Shown here: positions 44,534 through 55,488 of the stretch, piece by piece
Layout: every line of letters begins with the position of its first letter
Numbering within the stretch: the stretch's first letter is position 1
Origin: an uncultured Muribaculaceae bacterium
GTDB taxonomy: Bacteria > Bacillota_I > Bacilli_A > RF39 > UBA660
Assembly (NCBI GenBank): GCA_964609995.1
Contig: CAZSTI010000001.1
Span: 29,886-85,529 of the forward strand
Length of the DNA: 55,644 nt
Direction of reading: 5' to 3'
Program-made: the position numbers and the translations under genes
The notes under the pieces: model-generated
Told to the model about the DNA's origin: nothing
Database searches by the model: none
What the model saw: only the letters and a program-made list of their open reading frames with translations

Positions 44534-45610
44534 ATGAGAGTAATCATAACTGCAGGTGGTACAGGCGGGCATATTTATCCGGCTCTTGCAATATATGAAA
44601 AGATTATGGAAAAAGAACCAAAATCTAATATTTTATATATTGGTACTACTGATAGAATGGAAAAAGACATTGTACCTAAAAAAAATATTGAATTTGTTGC
44701 TTTAAAAACAAAGGGTATTAATAGAAAAAACATATTCAAAACTATAAAATCTTTATTTTATTTTGTTAGTGCAGTTAATAAATCTAAAAAGATAATTGAA
44801 GATTTTAATCCTGAAGTAGTAATTGGTGTTGGAGGTTATGTTTCAGCTCCGGTTATTTATGCCGCTAAGAAGTTAAAAATTAAAACAGTTATTCATGAAC
44901 AAAATAGTGTATTTGGATTATCTAATAAAATGTTATTAAGATATTCTGATATTATTTTTACGTCATTACCTAATACAATCGAATACGCAAATAAGTATAA
45001 GGATAAAGTAATATTTTCTGGAAATCCTTGTAGTGAAATGGCTTTGAAAAAAGAAATTAAAAAGAAAGAAGAATTAGGATTTAATAGATCAAAAAAATTA
45101 ATAATGATTGTTATGGGATCATTGGGTTCAAAGATTGTGAATCAAAAACTTAAAGAAATACTCCCAAATTTTAATAAAAAGAAATATGAAATATTATTTG
45201 TGACAGGTAAAGATTATTATGAAGAATATAAGGATTTAAATATTGAAAATGTAAAAGTATTTCCTTATATTGAAGATATGGTAAGGTTATTAAAAGATAC
45301 TGATTTATTAATATCTAGAGCAGGTGCAACTACAATTAGTGAAATTATTGCGCTTTCAGTACCTTCAATATTAGTTCCAAGTCCTTATGTAACCGAAAAT
45401 CATCAATATAAAAACGCTATGGATTTAGTTAATAAAGATGCCGCCATATTATTGGAAGAAAATAGTTTAATAAACTTGATAGAAATTATAGATAATATAA
45501 TAAATGATGAAAAGGAATTAATAAAAATTAAAACTAATTTATCAAAATTACAAATAAAAGATAGTGCTAGTATTATTTATAATAAAATAAAAGAATTAAT
45601 AGGAGAATAA
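44534..45610 (+). CDS. murG: Lipid II-forming UDP-GlcNAc transferase MurG
   Basis: N-terminal GGTGGHIYPALA and a C-terminal GT28 fold region (RAGATTISE). Confidence 0.92.
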   Translation: MRVIITAGGTGGHIYPALAIYEKIMEKEPKSNILYIGTTDRMEKDIVPKKNIEFVALKTKGINRKNIFKTIKSLFYFVSAVNKSKKIIEDFNPEVVIGVGGYVSAPVIYAAKKLKIKTVIHEQNSVFGLSNKMLLRYSDIIFTSLPNTIEYANKYKDKVIFSGNPCSEMALKKEIKKKEELGFNRSKKLIMIVMGSLGSKIVNQKLKEILPNFNKKKYEILFVTGKDYYEEYKDLNIENVKVFPYIEDMVRLLKDTDLLISRAGATTISEIIALSVPSILVPSPYVTENHQYKNAMDLVNKDAAILLEENSLINLIEIIDNIINDEKELIKIKTNLSKLQIKDSASIIYNKIKELIGE

Positions 45611-45611
45611 T

Positions 45612-46505
45612 ATGAATATAATATCATCAATCAAAAAAGCTAAGATTGGAAAAATATTGGAAAATGTTTCTATGGGAGAACATACAACTTTTAAGGTTGG
45701 AGGAAAGGCTAACATAGTTTTTCCTAAGAATGTAGAAAAATTAATTCAATTAATTAAAGTTTTGGAAGAAAATAATATTAATTATAAAATATTAGGAAAT
45801 GGTTCAAATGTAATATTTAAAGATAGTGATTACGAAGGAATAATTATTAATTTAAAAGAATTTAATGATATTAATATAGAAGGTTTTACTATTAAAGCGG
45901 GTGCTGGAGTAAATTTAATGGAGCTTGCATACAAAGCATCTAGATTGGGATTAACAGGACTTGAATTTGCAACTGGTATTCCAGGTACATTAGGTGGCGC
46001 GGTTTATATGAATGCGGGTGCATATAAATCTGATATGGGATATATAGTTAGTGAAATTAGAGTATTAACACCAGATTTAAAAATAATGACTTTGTATAAC
46101 AAGGATTTAAATTTTCATTACAGAACATCTTTTTTGAAAGAAAATAAAGGATATATTTGTTTGGAAGCTAAACTAATACTAAAGCATGGCAATAAAGAAG
46201 AAATAAAAAAAATAATTGAAGATAGAAAACAAAAAAGATGGTTATCTCAACCGCTTGAATATCCTTGTGCAGGAAGCGTATTTAGAAATCCCGAAAATGA
46301 TTTTGCAGGTAGACTAATTGAAGAATGTAATTTAAAAGGCAAAATTATTGGTGGTGCTATGATTAGTTCAAAGCATGCTAACTTTATAATAAATCATGGA
46401 AATGCGACCGCTAAAGATATAAAAGATTTAATTAAATTAGCGCAAAAGGAAGTAAAAAACAAATTTAATATTGACTTGTATTTAGAACAAGAAATAATTG
46501 AATAG
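45612..46505 (+). CDS. murB: UDP-N-acetylenolpyruvoylglucosamine reductase
   Basis: FAD-binding N-terminal half (TFKVGG...ILGNGSN) and the C-terminal GSVFRNP motif. Confidence 0.92.
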   Translation: MNIISSIKKAKIGKILENVSMGEHTTFKVGGKANIVFPKNVEKLIQLIKVLEENNINYKILGNGSNVIFKDSDYEGIIINLKEFNDINIEGFTIKAGAGVNLMELAYKASRLGLTGLEFATGIPGTLGGAVYMNAGAYKSDMGYIVSEIRVLTPDLKIMTLYNKDLNFHYRTSFLKENKGYICLEAKLILKHGNKEEIKKIIEDRKQKRWLSQPLEYPCAGSVFRNPENDFAGRLIEECNLKGKIIGGAMISSKHANFIINHGNATAKDIKDLIKLAQKEVKNKFNIDLYLEQEIIE

Positions 46506-46512
46506 GAGAAAT

Positions 46513-47175
46513 ATGGAACTTCAAAAGAAAAAACTTAATTTTAAAAGATTGTTTGTATTAATACTGATCTTATATTTAATAGGTAATTTTCTTTTTGTTC
46601 TAATTACTTACCCAATAAAAAACATATATGTAATAAATAATGTTAATTTATCGGATCAAGAAATAATAGATATATCTGGTTTGAGAAATTATCCTAGCCT
46701 TATTTTTACAACAAAAAAAAATATTATTAGTAAACTGAAAAAGAACCCATTGATCAGCTCAGTTACAGTAGAAAAAACTATAAAAGGAAAAGTTACAATT
46801 ACTGTTAAAGAAAACAAACCCTTATTTTATGACGCTATTAAGAAAAAAAGCATATTAAGTAATATGAAAGAAATTGAAAATAAGTATAATGTTCCTATAT
46901 TAGTTAATTCTATGCCTAAAGCAACATATGAAAAATTAGTTGAATCTTTATATTTAGTAGAAGAAGATGTGTTTTTAAAATTATCTGAGATTGAATATGC
47001 TAGTAATGAAAAAGATACTGAAAGATTTTTAATTAAAACAACTGATAAAATAAAAATATATGTGAATATATTAAAATTTGAAGATTTAAATTATTATAAT
47101 GAGTTGTTAGCTACTTTAAACAATAAAACTGGAACTTGGTATTTGGATTATGGTAATTATTTTGTAAGTGATTGA
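46513..47175 (+). CDS. divIB: Cell division protein DivIB/FtsQ
   Basis: Single N-terminal TM helix, POTRA-like region, position between murB and ftsA. ATG at 46513 after an AGGAG RBS. Confidence 0.75.
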   Translation: MELQKKKLNFKRLFVLILILYLIGNFLFVLITYPIKNIYVINNVNLSDQEIIDISGLRNYPSLIFTTKKNIISKLKKNPLISSVTVEKTIKGKVTITVKENKPLFYDAIKKKSILSNMKEIENKYNVPILVNSMPKATYEKLVESLYLVEEDVFLKLSEIEYASNEKDTERFLIKTTDKIKIYVNILKFEDLNYYNELLATLNNKTGTWYLDYGNYFVSD

Positions 47176-47216
47176 TAATTTTAATATATTTATAGTATAA
47201 TTAAAATAAGGAGAAT

Positions 47217-48458
47217 ATGATGAGGAAGATATATACAAGTATTGATATAGGTACTAGTTATGTAAAAGTATTAGTTTCTGAATTAGTTTTAGAAAAAATA
47301 TATGTTTTAGCTTCTTCATCAGTTAAGTCAAAAGGAATTAAAAAAGGTTTAATAGTGGATGCTAACGAAGCTATTATTTCTATTAAGGAAGCAATATCGA
47401 TTGTTGAAGGTAAGTTGGGCATAAAAATTGATAGAATAATCGCAAATGTTCCTTCATACAATGTTAAATATGAAATAGTAAGTGGTTTTTCTGATATTCA
47501 ATCAGAAGAACAAAAAGTTGATGGTAATGATATTATTAAAGCAATTCAAAATGGTGTTTCTAATACTCTTGATGATACTAGGGAATTGGTATCTGTTATT
47601 CCAATTGATTTTGTTTTAGATGGAAACAATATGATAAAAGATCCAAAAGGATTAGTAGGTCATAAATTAGAAGCAAAATGTATGATGGTGACTACTCCTC
47701 AAAAAAATGTTCATTCAATAATGGGAATTTTAGAAAGTATAGGAATAAAAACTATTGACGTTAATATTGGACCAATTTCAGATTATGAAACTTTTAGAAC
47801 AAAAGAAACAGATAAAGAAATGGTTGCAATTATAAATATTGGTGGCGAGACTACAACGGTATCCTTATTTAATAAAGGAATAATAATTAATTCCGAAATA
47901 TTAAAAATAGGTGGCAATAATATTGATAATGATATATCTTATGTATTTAAATTATCTATTGAAGACAGTAATAAAATAAAAGAAAAATTTTCGTTGGCAC
48001 ATAAAAAATTTGCAAAGGTAAATGAAGTTAATGAGATGTTAACAATAGATAGAGATTTGGTAAAAATTAATCAATATGATTTATCACAAATAGTTATGTC
48101 CAGATTAGAGGAAATATTAGAATTAGCAAAAAAACAACTTTTCCTCTTAACAAACAAAGAAATTAAGTATATAATTATTACAGGTGGTAGTAGCGAATTG
48201 CCTCAAATGCAATATATAGTAGATGAAGTATTTGTTGATAATGCTTATGTATCAAAAATTGAAGATATAGGGATAAGGAACAATAAATATTCTACAGTAA
48301 TTGGATTAATTAAATTTTTTGATAGAAAATTAAATATGAGAGGAAAAGAATATTCAATGTTCTCAATGGATAAACAACAAGATATATCTATTCCAAAAAG
48401 AAAAGGAATAGGAGAAGACTCTATTTTAGGAAAAGTTTTTGGAATATTTTTTGATTAG
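47217..48458 (+). CDS. ftsA: Cell division protein FtsA
   Basis: Actin-like ATPase motifs ([28 protein letters not shown]). The adjacent ATG at 47220 is an equally plausible start. Confidence 0.92.
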   Translation: MMRKIYTSIDIGTSYVKVLVSELVLEKIYVLASSSVKSKGIKKGLIVDANEAIISIKEAISIVEGKLGIKIDRIIANVPSYNVKYEIVSGFSDIQSEEQKVDGNDIIKAIQNGVSNTLDDTRELVSVIPIDFVLDGNNMIKDPKGLVGHKLEAKCMMVTTPQKNVHSIMGILESIGIKTIDVNIGPISDYETFRTKETDKEMVAIINIGGETTTVSLFNKGIIINSEILKIGGNNIDNDISYVFKLSIEDSNKIKEKFSLAHKKFAKVNEVNEMLTIDRDLVKINQYDLSQIVMSRLEEILELAKKQLFLLTNKEIKYIIITGGSSELPQMQYIVDEVFVDNAYVSKIEDIGIRNNKYSTVIGLIKFFDRKLNMRGKEYSMFSMDKQQDISIPKRKGIGEDSILGKVFGIFFD

Positions 48459-48466
48459 GAGGAAGT

Positions 48467-49537
48467 ATGTTCGGATTAGAAATGGATCAGTTAGCAAAGA
48501 TAAAAGTAATTGGTGTTGGCGGAGCTGGAAACAATGCTATTAATAGAATGGTTGATTCTGGTGTAAAAGGTGTAGAATTTATAGCAGCTAATACTGATGG
48601 CCAAGCATTGAAGGTTTCTAAAGCTAATGTAAAAGTACAATTGGGAGAAAAATTAACTGGTGGACTTGGTGCAGGTGCTAATCCAGAAGTAGGAAGAGAA
48701 GCAGCATTAGAGACGAAGGAACAAATTAAAGCAGCATTAGAAAATGCTGATATGGTTTTTATTACTTGTGGATTGGGTGGAGGAACAGGAACCGGAGCTT
48801 CTCCTATTATTGCTGAAATCGCAAAAGATTTGGGTGCTCTTACTGTTGCAATTGTAACTAAACCATTTTCCTTTGAAGGAAAAAAGAGAATGAATCAAGC
48901 TATCATGGGATTAGAAGAGTTAAGAAAAAATGTAGATACAATGATAGTAATTCCAAATGATAGATTAAGAGATATAATTGAAAAAAACACTCCTATGTTG
49001 GATGCTTTTAAAGAAGTTGATAATGTATTAAGAAGAGGAGTTCAATCAATATCTGATTTGATAGCAGTTACTGGGCTTATAAACTTAGATTTTGCAGATG
49101 TTAGAGTTGTAATGAAAAATAGTGGTAATGCACTTATAGGTATTGGTATTGGAAGTGGAGAAAATAGAGCTGTTGAAGCCGCAAAACAAGCAGTTAGCAG
49201 TCCATTATTAGAAGAAAGTATTGATGGTGCAACTAATGCCATTATAAATGTTACTGGTGGTGCTAACCTTAACTTATTTGAAGTTGAAGATGCAGTAGAA
49301 GTTATTAGAGCTGCTGCTAAAACAGATATTGATACAATATTTGGAGCAGTTATTAATGAAAACTTAAAAGATGAAATAATAGTAACAGTAATTGCAACTG
49401 GATTTGATGAAGGAAGACAAAAAAACGAAAAAATAAAACAAGTTGAAGAAGTGCAAGAAAGGGTTGTATCAAATATTGAAGAACCTAAAAAAAGTATAGA
49501 TATTCCTCCATTTTTGAGAGATAAAAAGAATTTTTAA
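48467..49537 (+). CDS. ftsZ: Cell division protein FtsZ
   Basis: [13 protein letters not shown] and the tubulin signature [11 protein letters not shown]-terminal DIPPFLR peptide. Confidence 0.97.
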   Translation: MFGLEMDQLAKIKVIGVGGAGNNAINRMVDSGVKGVEFIAANTDGQALKVSKANVKVQLGEKLTGGLGAGANPEVGREAALETKEQIKAALENADMVFITCGLGGGTGTGASPIIAEIAKDLGALTVAIVTKPFSFEGKKRMNQAIMGLEELRKNVDTMIVIPNDRLRDIIEKNTPMLDAFKEVDNVLRRGVQSISDLIAVTGLINLDFADVRVVMKNSGNALIGIGIGSGENRAVEAAKQAVSSPLLEESIDGATNAIINVTGGANLNLFEVEDAVEVIRAAAKTDIDTIFGAVINENLKDEIIVTVIATGFDEGRQKNEKIKQVEEVQERVVSNIEEPKKSIDIPPFLRDKKNF

Positions 49538-49557
49538 GTAGAGAAATCTACTTTTTA
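49536..49557 (+). terminator. Rho-independent terminator after ftsZ
   Basis: Stem aagtaga/tctactt with loop gaaa, then a T-run. Confidence 0.65.
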
Positions 49558-49614
49558 ATTTGACAAAACAATAAAACAAAGTATAATATTTTAAATGTGA
49601 GTGGAGAGTGTTTT

Positions 49615-49980
49615 ATGAATGGTAATAAACAACAAGACAGATTTGCACTTGAAGTATTAAACGAAGAAATTAAGTATGAAAAAGTAGAAGGTGAGTTCAA
49701 AAGAAGAAAAACTATATTTAGTACGTTTCTTCCTTTGAGCTTGGTTTGTTTGGGGATTCTTGCTAACAATATTTTTTTTGAAGATAAAGTTCCAATTTCT
49801 AATGGATATATGTTTGCTTTTTCAGCAGTTTTTAGTGGTATTTCAATAGCAAATCACATAGAAAAAAAGAAGTTTAAAGCTTTGATGACCGATCAACGAG
49901 AGAAGTTAAATTATGTAAGAGATTATTTAGATTTAGAAGGTATTAAAAAATTGGAATTATTAAGAGAAGAGAAGAAATAA
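49615..49980 (+). CDS. Small two-TM membrane protein of unknown function
   Basis: ATG at 49615 after a GGAGAG RBS. Two hydrophobic segments. No recognisable motif. Confidence 0.5.
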   Translation: MNGNKQQDRFALEVLNEEIKYEKVEGEFKRRKTIFSTFLPLSLVCLGILANNIFFEDKVPISNGYMFAFSAVFSGISIANHIEKKKFKALMTDQREKLNYVRDYLDLEGIKKLELLREEKK

Positions 49981-49996
49981 AATTCTTTTCTTTTTA

Positions 49997-50005
49997 TGAT
50001 ATAAT
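49997..50005 (+). promoter_or_regulatory. Extended -10 promoter element (TGaTATAAT) upstream of rlmN
   Basis: TGATATAAT lies 16 nt upstream of the rlmN ATG. Confidence 0.4.
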
Positions 50006-50020
50006 ATTTTTGAGGTATAT

Positions 50021-51046
50021 ATGAATAATATTTATAATATAACTAAAGAAGAATTAGAAGAGTTTTTTATTAATAATAATGAAAAAAGATTTAGAGCTAT
50101 TCAAACATTTGAATGGATTTATAAAAAAAGAATAAATAATTTTAATGAAATTAAAAACATTAGCAAAGAAACTATAGAAAAATTATCAAATAATTTTTCT
50201 TTTTATACTATAAAAACCATAAAAAAAGAAAAATCCAAAGAAGTAAATAAATATCTTTTTGAATTAGAAGATGGTAATAATATTGAATCTGTATTAATGT
50301 TTCACGATTATGGAATAAGTTTATGTATTTCAACTCAAGTAGGATGTTCTATGGGGTGTTCTTTTTGTGAGAGTGGAAGATTTGGAAAGACAAGAAACTT
50401 ATATGTATATGAAATGGTTCAACAAATTTTAGAAATAGAGAAAGATATAGATAAAAGAATAACACACATTGTATTGATGGGAATAGGTGAGCCTTTTGAT
50501 AATTATGAAAATGTAATGAAATTTATTAAAATAACAAATGATCCAAAAGGTATAGAAATTGGAGCAAGACATATAACGTTATCAACTTGTGGAATAATAC
50601 CAAAAATAAAAGAGTTTAGTAATGAAGGATTGCAAGTAAATTTAGCAATAAGTTTGCATGCTCCAAATGATGAATTAAGAAACAAATTAATGCCAATAAA
50701 CAAGGTATATCCAATAGATTCATTAATTGGATCAATAAAAGAATATATAAAAAAAACTAATAGGAGAGTTACTTTTGAATATATTATGATTAAAGGCATA
50801 AATGATACTAAAGAATGTGCATTAGAACTTGCAAAATTAATAAAAGGAATAAATTGTTATGTAAATTTAATTTCTTATAACGATAATAATTATGAAGGAT
50901 ACGAAAGCAGTAGTGATTATGAAATTATGTCTTTTTATGATATACTTAAAAATGAAGAAATAAATGTAACAATAAGGAAAAAATTTGGAGATACTATAAC
51001 TGCTGCATGTGGGCAGTTAAGATCAAAAAACATGGAGGAATTATGA
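50021..51046 (+). CDS. rlmN: Radical SAM 23S rRNA/tRNA adenine-C2 methyltransferase RlmN
   Basis: FRAIQTFEWIY N-terminal domain, radical-SAM CSMGCSFCESG, C-terminal AACGQL, and the conserved rlmN-PP2C-prkC-rsgA-rpe synteny. Confidence 0.88.
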   Translation: MNNIYNITKEELEEFFINNNEKRFRAIQTFEWIYKKRINNFNEIKNISKETIEKLSNNFSFYTIKTIKKEKSKEVNKYLFELEDGNNIESVLMFHDYGISLCISTQVGCSMGCSFCESGRFGKTRNLYVYEMVQQILEIEKDIDKRITHIVLMGIGEPFDNYENVMKFIKITNDPKGIEIGARHITLSTCGIIPKIKEFSNEGLQVNLAISLHAPNDELRNKLMPINKVYPIDSLIGSIKEYIKKTNRRVTFEYIMIKGINDTKECALELAKLIKGINCYVNLISYNDNNYEGYESSSDYEIMSFYDILKNEEINVTIRKKFGDTITAACGQLRSKNMEEL

Positions 51047-51810
51047 AAACATTTTATTTGACTGATACTGGTAAAGTAAGAAGTCATAATGAAGATAATG
51101 TAGTAATTTTTAAAAACGAGAATAATGAATTTATGATGGCGGTAGCAGATGGAATGGGTGGACATAAAGCTGGTGAAATAGCGTCTTTTATAGCTACAAG
51201 CAAACTAACTACTGAGTTTTTAAAAAGAGAACATGTTGGTGATAAAGAATCTGCTGAAGCGTGGATAAAACAACTATATACTGAGATTAATGATGAAATA
51301 TTTGAATATACAGATGAACATCCAGAAAGCAAAGGAATGGGAACAACATTAGTAATGTGTTTATATACAAAAGAATTTCTTTTATTTGCAAATATAGGAG
51401 ATAGTTCGGGTTTTGTTACCAAAGAAAACAAATTATTTAAAGTAACAAAAGATCACACGTTAACTAATTTATTAATAAATACTGGAGATTTAACAGAAGA
51501 AGAAGCAAAAAACCATCCTCAAAAAAATATAATAATGAAAGCTTTAGGAGCAATTAATCCTGTTAGACCGGATTTATTTTATGTTGAAGATGAGGTTGAC
51601 TCAATTTTATTGTGTAGTGATGGATTAACTACTATGTTAAGTATTGAACAAATTGAAAAAGTATTGAATAGTGATTTAACAATGGAAGAAAAAGTAATGA
51701 GATTAATTAAAAGAAGTAATAATAGGGGGGGAACTGATAATATATCAGTTGCGTATTTAATAAAAGAGGACGGTGATTTGTGTGATAGCAAAAGGTCAAA
51801 AAATAAATAA
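51043..51810 (+). CDS. prpC: PP2C-family Ser/Thr phosphatase (PrpC/Stp type)
   Basis: RSHNEDN, ADGMGGH, GMGTT, SDGL and GGTDNISV motifs. ATGA overlap with rlmN. Confidence 0.9.
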   Translation: MKTFYLTDTGKVRSHNEDNVVIFKNENNEFMMAVADGMGGHKAGEIASFIATSKLTTEFLKREHVGDKESAEAWIKQLYTEINDEIFEYTDEHPESKGMGTTLVMCLYTKEFLLFANIGDSSGFVTKENKLFKVTKDHTLTNLLINTGDLTEEEAKNHPQKNIIMKALGAINPVRPDLFYVEDEVDSILLCSDGLTTMLSIEQIEKVLNSDLTMEEKVMRLIKRSNNRGGTDNISVAYLIKEDGDLCDSKRSKNK

Positions 51811-53500
51811 TAGATATGAAGTTATTCGTCTACTTGGAGAAGGAGGAATGGCTAACGTATACCTTGGAGAAGATACTATTCTTAATAGAAGAGTAGCCAT
51901 AAAAGTGCTTAGAGGTGATTTAGCTAATGATGAGAAGTTTTTAAGAAGATTTCAAAGAGAAGCTTTATCGGCATCTTCTTTAAGCCATCCAAATATAGTT
52001 GAAATGTATGATGTTGGTGAAGATGAAGGTAATTTTTATATTGTAATGGAATATATAGAAGGTAAAAATTTAAAACAATTATTAAGAAAAAGAGGTGCTT
52101 TAACAGTAAATGAAGTGATAGATATTATGCTTCAATTAACTGATGGCATATCTCATGCACACGATTCATATATTATACATAGAGACATTAAACCACAAAA
52201 TATTTTGATATTAGATAATGGAATGGTTAAAATAACTGATTTTGGGATTGCAACTGCTTTAAATAATTCTCAATTAACTCAAACAAATTCAGTAATGGGA
52301 TCAGTTCATTATTTGCCACCAGAACAAGCAACCGGAAAAGAAGCTTCAATTAAGAGTGATATATATTCTTTGGGAATACTTATGTATGAACTAATTACAG
52401 GTAATCTTCCATTTAAAGGAGAAAATGCTGTTGAAATTGCATTAAAACAACTGAAAGAGAAAATACCATCATTAATTGCTGAAAAACCAAATGTGCCTCA
52501 AAGCGTTGAAAACATCGTATTAAGAGCATGTGCAAAAAATCCAAAAAACAGATATAATGATGCTAGAGAAATGCATGAAGATTTAAAAACAGCTCTTAAT
52601 GAAGAAAATAAAAATGCTACTGTATTGAAATATAAATATGAAGAGGAAGACTTAAGCGAAACAAAAATACTTCCAGATTTAAAAAAACAAATTGGAGAAA
52701 ATGAACCTTTAATTAAAGAAGTAAATAATAATGAAGAAAAGAGTGGTAAATTGTCTAAGATATTAATTGGAATTATTCTGTTTATCTTTTTTATTGTATT
52801 AATTTTAATAATGTTGTTGCCTAAACTAACAAAAGTTCCTGATGTTAAAGTTCCTGATGTAAGAATGTTTACTGTTCAAAAGGCAGAAGAAAAATTAAAA
52901 AATTATGGATTTGAAGTAGAAATTGAAACTGAAAAAGTATTTAGTGATTCTATAAAAGAAGGCATGGTAGTAAAAACAGAACCTGCAAATGGAAGATTGA
53001 TAAAAAAGGGAAGTACAATTAAAATATATGAATCTAAAGGTACGGAAAGAATAACTGTAGATTTATATACTGGTAAAAATATATATGAAATAAAAGGGCA
53101 ATTAGAATTAAAAGGTTTAATAGTAAGCATTGAGAGTAAAGAAGTTGAAAACGTTGAAGAGTATAAAGATGCGGAAGATATAATAATTGATCAATCAATA
53201 AAGGATGGAGAAGTATTAAAGGGTACTCAAATAATACTATATTATCCTAATATTGCAGTTTATCCTGATATGACTGGATGGACAGTTAATGAGGTTGAAG
53301 AATTTGCAGGGAAATATGAATTGGATCTTACTGTAACTCAAAAAGAAACTAATGATTATGAAGAGGGAACTGTTTTTGAACAAAGTAGAAGCAAAGGTAC
53401 TTTAATAGCGAGAAAAGCTACTTTTTCAGTATCTATTGCAACTCCAATAATTGAAGAAGAAGAATTACCTGATTTAAGTGAAGAGGAAACCGATTTATAA
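51782..53500 (+). CDS. prkC: PASTA-domain Ser/Thr protein kinase (PrkC/PknB type)
   Basis: GEGGMANVY, AIKVL, HRDIKPQN and DFGIA motifs, a TM helix, then three PASTA-like repeats. The GTG at 51782 gives an N-terminus colinear with PrkC; the GTG at 51773 is an alternative. Confidence 0.9.
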   Translation: MIAKGQKINNRYEVIRLLGEGGMANVYLGEDTILNRRVAIKVLRGDLANDEKFLRRFQREALSASSLSHPNIVEMYDVGEDEGNFYIVMEYIEGKNLKQLLRKRGALTVNEVIDIMLQLTDGISHAHDSYIIHRDIKPQNILILDNGMVKITDFGIATALNNSQLTQTNSVMGSVHYLPPEQATGKEASIKSDIYSLGILMYELITGNLPFKGENAVEIALKQLKEKIPSLIAEKPNVPQSVENIVLRACAKNPKNRYNDAREMHEDLKTALNEENKNATVLKYKYEEEDLSETKILPDLKKQIGENEPLIKEVNNNEEKSGKLSKILIGIILFIFFIVLILIMLLPKLTKVPDVKVPDVRMFTVQKAEEKLKNYGFEVEIETEKVFSDSIKEGMVVKTEPANGRLIKKGSTIKIYESKGTERITVDLYTGKNIYEIKGQLELKGLIVSIESKEVENVEEYKDAEDIIIDQSIKDGEVLKGTQIILYYPNIAVYPDMTGWTVNEVEEFAGKYELDLTVTQKETNDYEEGTVFEQSRSKGTLIARKATFSVSIATPIIEEEELPDLSEEETDL

Positions 53501-54324
53501 TGGATACTATTGTAATAAAAAAAGAAGGTTCAAAGTATATTGTAAAAGAAAATGAAAACTTATTAACTTGTAGAGTTAAAGGTGTTTTAATTAGAGATAA
53601 ACAAAATGTTATTGTAGGAGATTTTGTAGAGATTGGTGAAGATGAAACAATAACAAGAATATTTGAAAGAAAAAGTGAATTAAAAAGACCTAATATTGCA
53701 AATGTTGATCAAGCTATAATAGTTGTAAGCGCTATTAATCCCGATTTTTCTACGTATTTATTAGATAAAACTTTAAACATAGTTGAATTTAACAATATTA
53801 CTCCAATCATATGTATTACAAAATTAGACTTATTAGAAAATAAAGAAGAAGTAGAAAATTATTTAAATTATTATAAAAAGATAGGATATAAGGTAATTAG
53901 AAATACTGAAAGAAAGGAAATTATAGATACTTTGGAAAATAAAATTTCAGTATTAATTGGGCAAAGTGGAGTGGGCAAATCAACACTATTAAACTTTTTA
54001 GATGATAGTTTGAATCTACTTTCTAGGGATATTTCTTTAAGATTGGGAAGAGGTAAAAACACTACTAGAAAAGTTGAATTATTAGAGGTGGCTAATGGTT
54101 TGGTTGCAGATACTCCTGGCTTTTCAGTACTTGATTTTACTGATATGAGCAAACAAGATATAAGAGATAATATGGTTGAATTCAATACATATAGAAGTAA
54201 ATGTGAATATAAAGATTGTATGCATTTAAAAGAAAAAAAATGTGAAATAAAAGAAAATGTTACAAAAGAAAAGATTTTAAATTCCAGATATGAAAACTAT
54301 AAAAAATTTATAGGTGAGTTATGA
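53500..54324 (+). CDS. rsgA: Ribosome small-subunit biogenesis GTPase RsgA (CpgA)
   Basis: Circularly permuted GTPase with TKLDL before GQSGVGKSTLLN. C-terminal Zn cluster CEYKDCMHLKEKKC. TAATG overlap with prkC. Confidence 0.9.
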   Translation: MDTIVIKKEGSKYIVKENENLLTCRVKGVLIRDKQNVIVGDFVEIGEDETITRIFERKSELKRPNIANVDQAIIVVSAINPDFSTYLLDKTLNIVEFNNITPIICITKLDLLENKEEVENYLNYYKKIGYKVIRNTERKEIIDTLENKISVLIGQSGVGKSTLLNFLDDSLNLLSRDISLRLGRGKNTTRKVELLEVANGLVADTPGFSVLDFTDMSKQDIRDNMVEFNTYRSKCEYKDCMHLKEKKCEIKENVTKEKILNSRYENYKKFIGEL

Positions 54325-54947
54325 TTTCAGTATCTTTGCTATCTATGAGAGATGATTTATTAAAATATATAAATATTATTAATAAAGAAAATATTGATTA
54401 TATTCATTTAGACATGATGGATGGTTTATTTGTACCAAATAAATCTTTTTCATATGAAGAAATAAAATTAATTGTAGATAATATTAATAAGCCTCTAGAT
54501 GTTCATTTAATGGTTGAAGATATAGATAATTATATTAAAGATTATTATATGTATAATACAGAATATATTACATTTCATTATGAAGTATTAAAGAGTTTAG
54601 ACCCAATTAAGAAAGTAAAGAGTCATGGTATTAAATGTGGAATATCCATTAAACCAGATACTAATATTGAAGTAATTTATGATTTGTTAGATAAAATTGA
54701 TTTAGTATTAATAATGAGTGTTGAACCCGGTAAAGGTGGTCAAGCATTTATAAGTAGTAGTTTAAATAAAATAAAATTATTAAAAGAAGAGATAAATAAA
54801 AGAAAATTAAATGTGAAAATATCTGTTGATGGTGGAATAAATGAAATTACTGGATTAGAATCATTAAAGAACGGAGCCGATATTCTTGTAATAGGTACTG
54901 AAATTAAAAGAAATATTAATATTATTAATACAATAAACAACATGTAA
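54321..54947 (+). CDS. rpe: Ribulose-phosphate 3-epimerase
   Basis: HLDMMDGLFVPN, DVHLMV, MSVEPGKGGQAF and VDGGIN motifs. ATGA overlap with rsgA. Confidence 0.88.
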   Translation: MISVSLLSMRDDLLKYINIINKENIDYIHLDMMDGLFVPNKSFSYEEIKLIVDNINKPLDVHLMVEDIDNYIKDYYMYNTEYITFHYEVLKSLDPIKKVKSHGIKCGISIKPDTNIEVIYDLLDKIDLVLIMSVEPGKGGQAFISSSLNKIKLLKEEINKRKLNVKISVDGGINEITGLESLKNGADILVIGTEIKRNINIINTINNM

Positions 54948-54963
54948 ATAAATTTTATAGTAA

Positions 54964-54992
54964 TTGACTATATAAAACACAAGTGCTATACT
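54964..54992 (+). promoter_or_regulatory. Near-consensus sigma-A promoter for pilin gene 1 (TTGACT, 17 nt, TGcTATACT)
   Basis: -35 at 54964-54969; extended -10 at 54984-54992. Confidence 0.6.
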
Positions 54993-55118
54993 TAAATCAT
55001 AATAGTTGAGAAGGAGGAAAAATTTAACTATGAAGAAAATGAACAAGAAAGGTTTTACATTAGTAGAATTGTTAGCAGTAATCGTAGTATTAGCAATAAT
55101 ATTAGTAATAGCAGTTCC
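54982..55118 (+). repeat. Direct repeat copy 1 (137 nt: -10 element, 5'UTR, RBS and pilin N-terminal coding); copy 2 is at 55508-55644
   Basis: Only 3 mismatches across the 137 nt that can be compared before the window ends (atgaac/ataaac, ttt/ttc, gta/ata). Confidence 0.9.
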
Positions 55119-55431
55119 AAGAATATTAGATGTAATTGAATCTGCTAGAAAAGAATCATTAGGAAGATCTGCACAAATGGTTGCAAATTATTTACAAAAA
55201 GATTCTGCGATTAAAATGTTAAGCAGCACATTCCCTGTTGCAGGATCCGGAATAAATTGTCCAGTAGATTCTGGATGGGATAATGCAGCTGGAGAAGGAA
55301 CTTGTACATATGTAGTTGCAGTTACTGGAACAGAAGCAAGATTTACAGTTACAATAAATGGTGCTGGAAAATTTGCAAAATGGCGCGCTGTATCAATTGA
55401 TGGTGCTTCTCCTACATATACAGGCATATAA
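55030..55431 (+). CDS. Type IV pilin / pseudopilin with a prepilin N-terminal cleavage-methylation motif
   Basis: MKKMNKKG|FTLVELLAVIVVLAIILVIAVP matches the class III signal (G/F cleavage site, Glu at +5). C-terminal Cys pair (INCP...GTCTY). AGGAGG RBS at 55012-55017. Confidence 0.85.
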   Translation: MKKMNKKGFTLVELLAVIVVLAIILVIAVPRILDVIESARKESLGRSAQMVANYLQKDSAIKMLSSTFPVAGSGINCPVDSGWDNAAGEGTCTYVVAVTGTEARFTVTINGAGKFAKWRAVSIDGASPTYTGI

Positions 55432-55440
55432 TTATTGTCT

Positions 55441-55476
55441 AAAAGAATATATTTTAATTAATATATTCTTTTTTAA
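55441..55476 (+). terminator. Rho-independent terminator after pilin gene 1
   Basis: 12-bp arms aaaagaatatat / atatattctttt with an 8-nt loop and a T-run. Confidence 0.7.
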
Positions 55477-55488
55477 TGTAAAGATGTA

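Noticed and set aside
44021-44572. 183-aa minus-strand ORF spanning the parC/murG junction, the longest antisense ORF in the window.
   Set aside because: It is entirely antisense to the conserved parC C-terminus and the murG start. It has no RBS and a hydrophobic low-complexity composition, so I treat it as a chance open frame.
49950-49995. Possible terminator hairpin after the small TM protein gene (gaagaa...ttctttt).
   Set aside because: The stem is imperfect and short (5 of 6 bp), so it is not convincing enough to annotate.
50021-51046. Possibility that the radical-SAM methyltransferase is the resistance enzyme Cfr rather than RlmN.
   Set aside because: It sits in the conserved housekeeping synteny rlmN-PP2C-prkC-rsgA-rpe with no mobile-element context. 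Distinguishing RlmN from Cfr rigorously would need a phylogeny.
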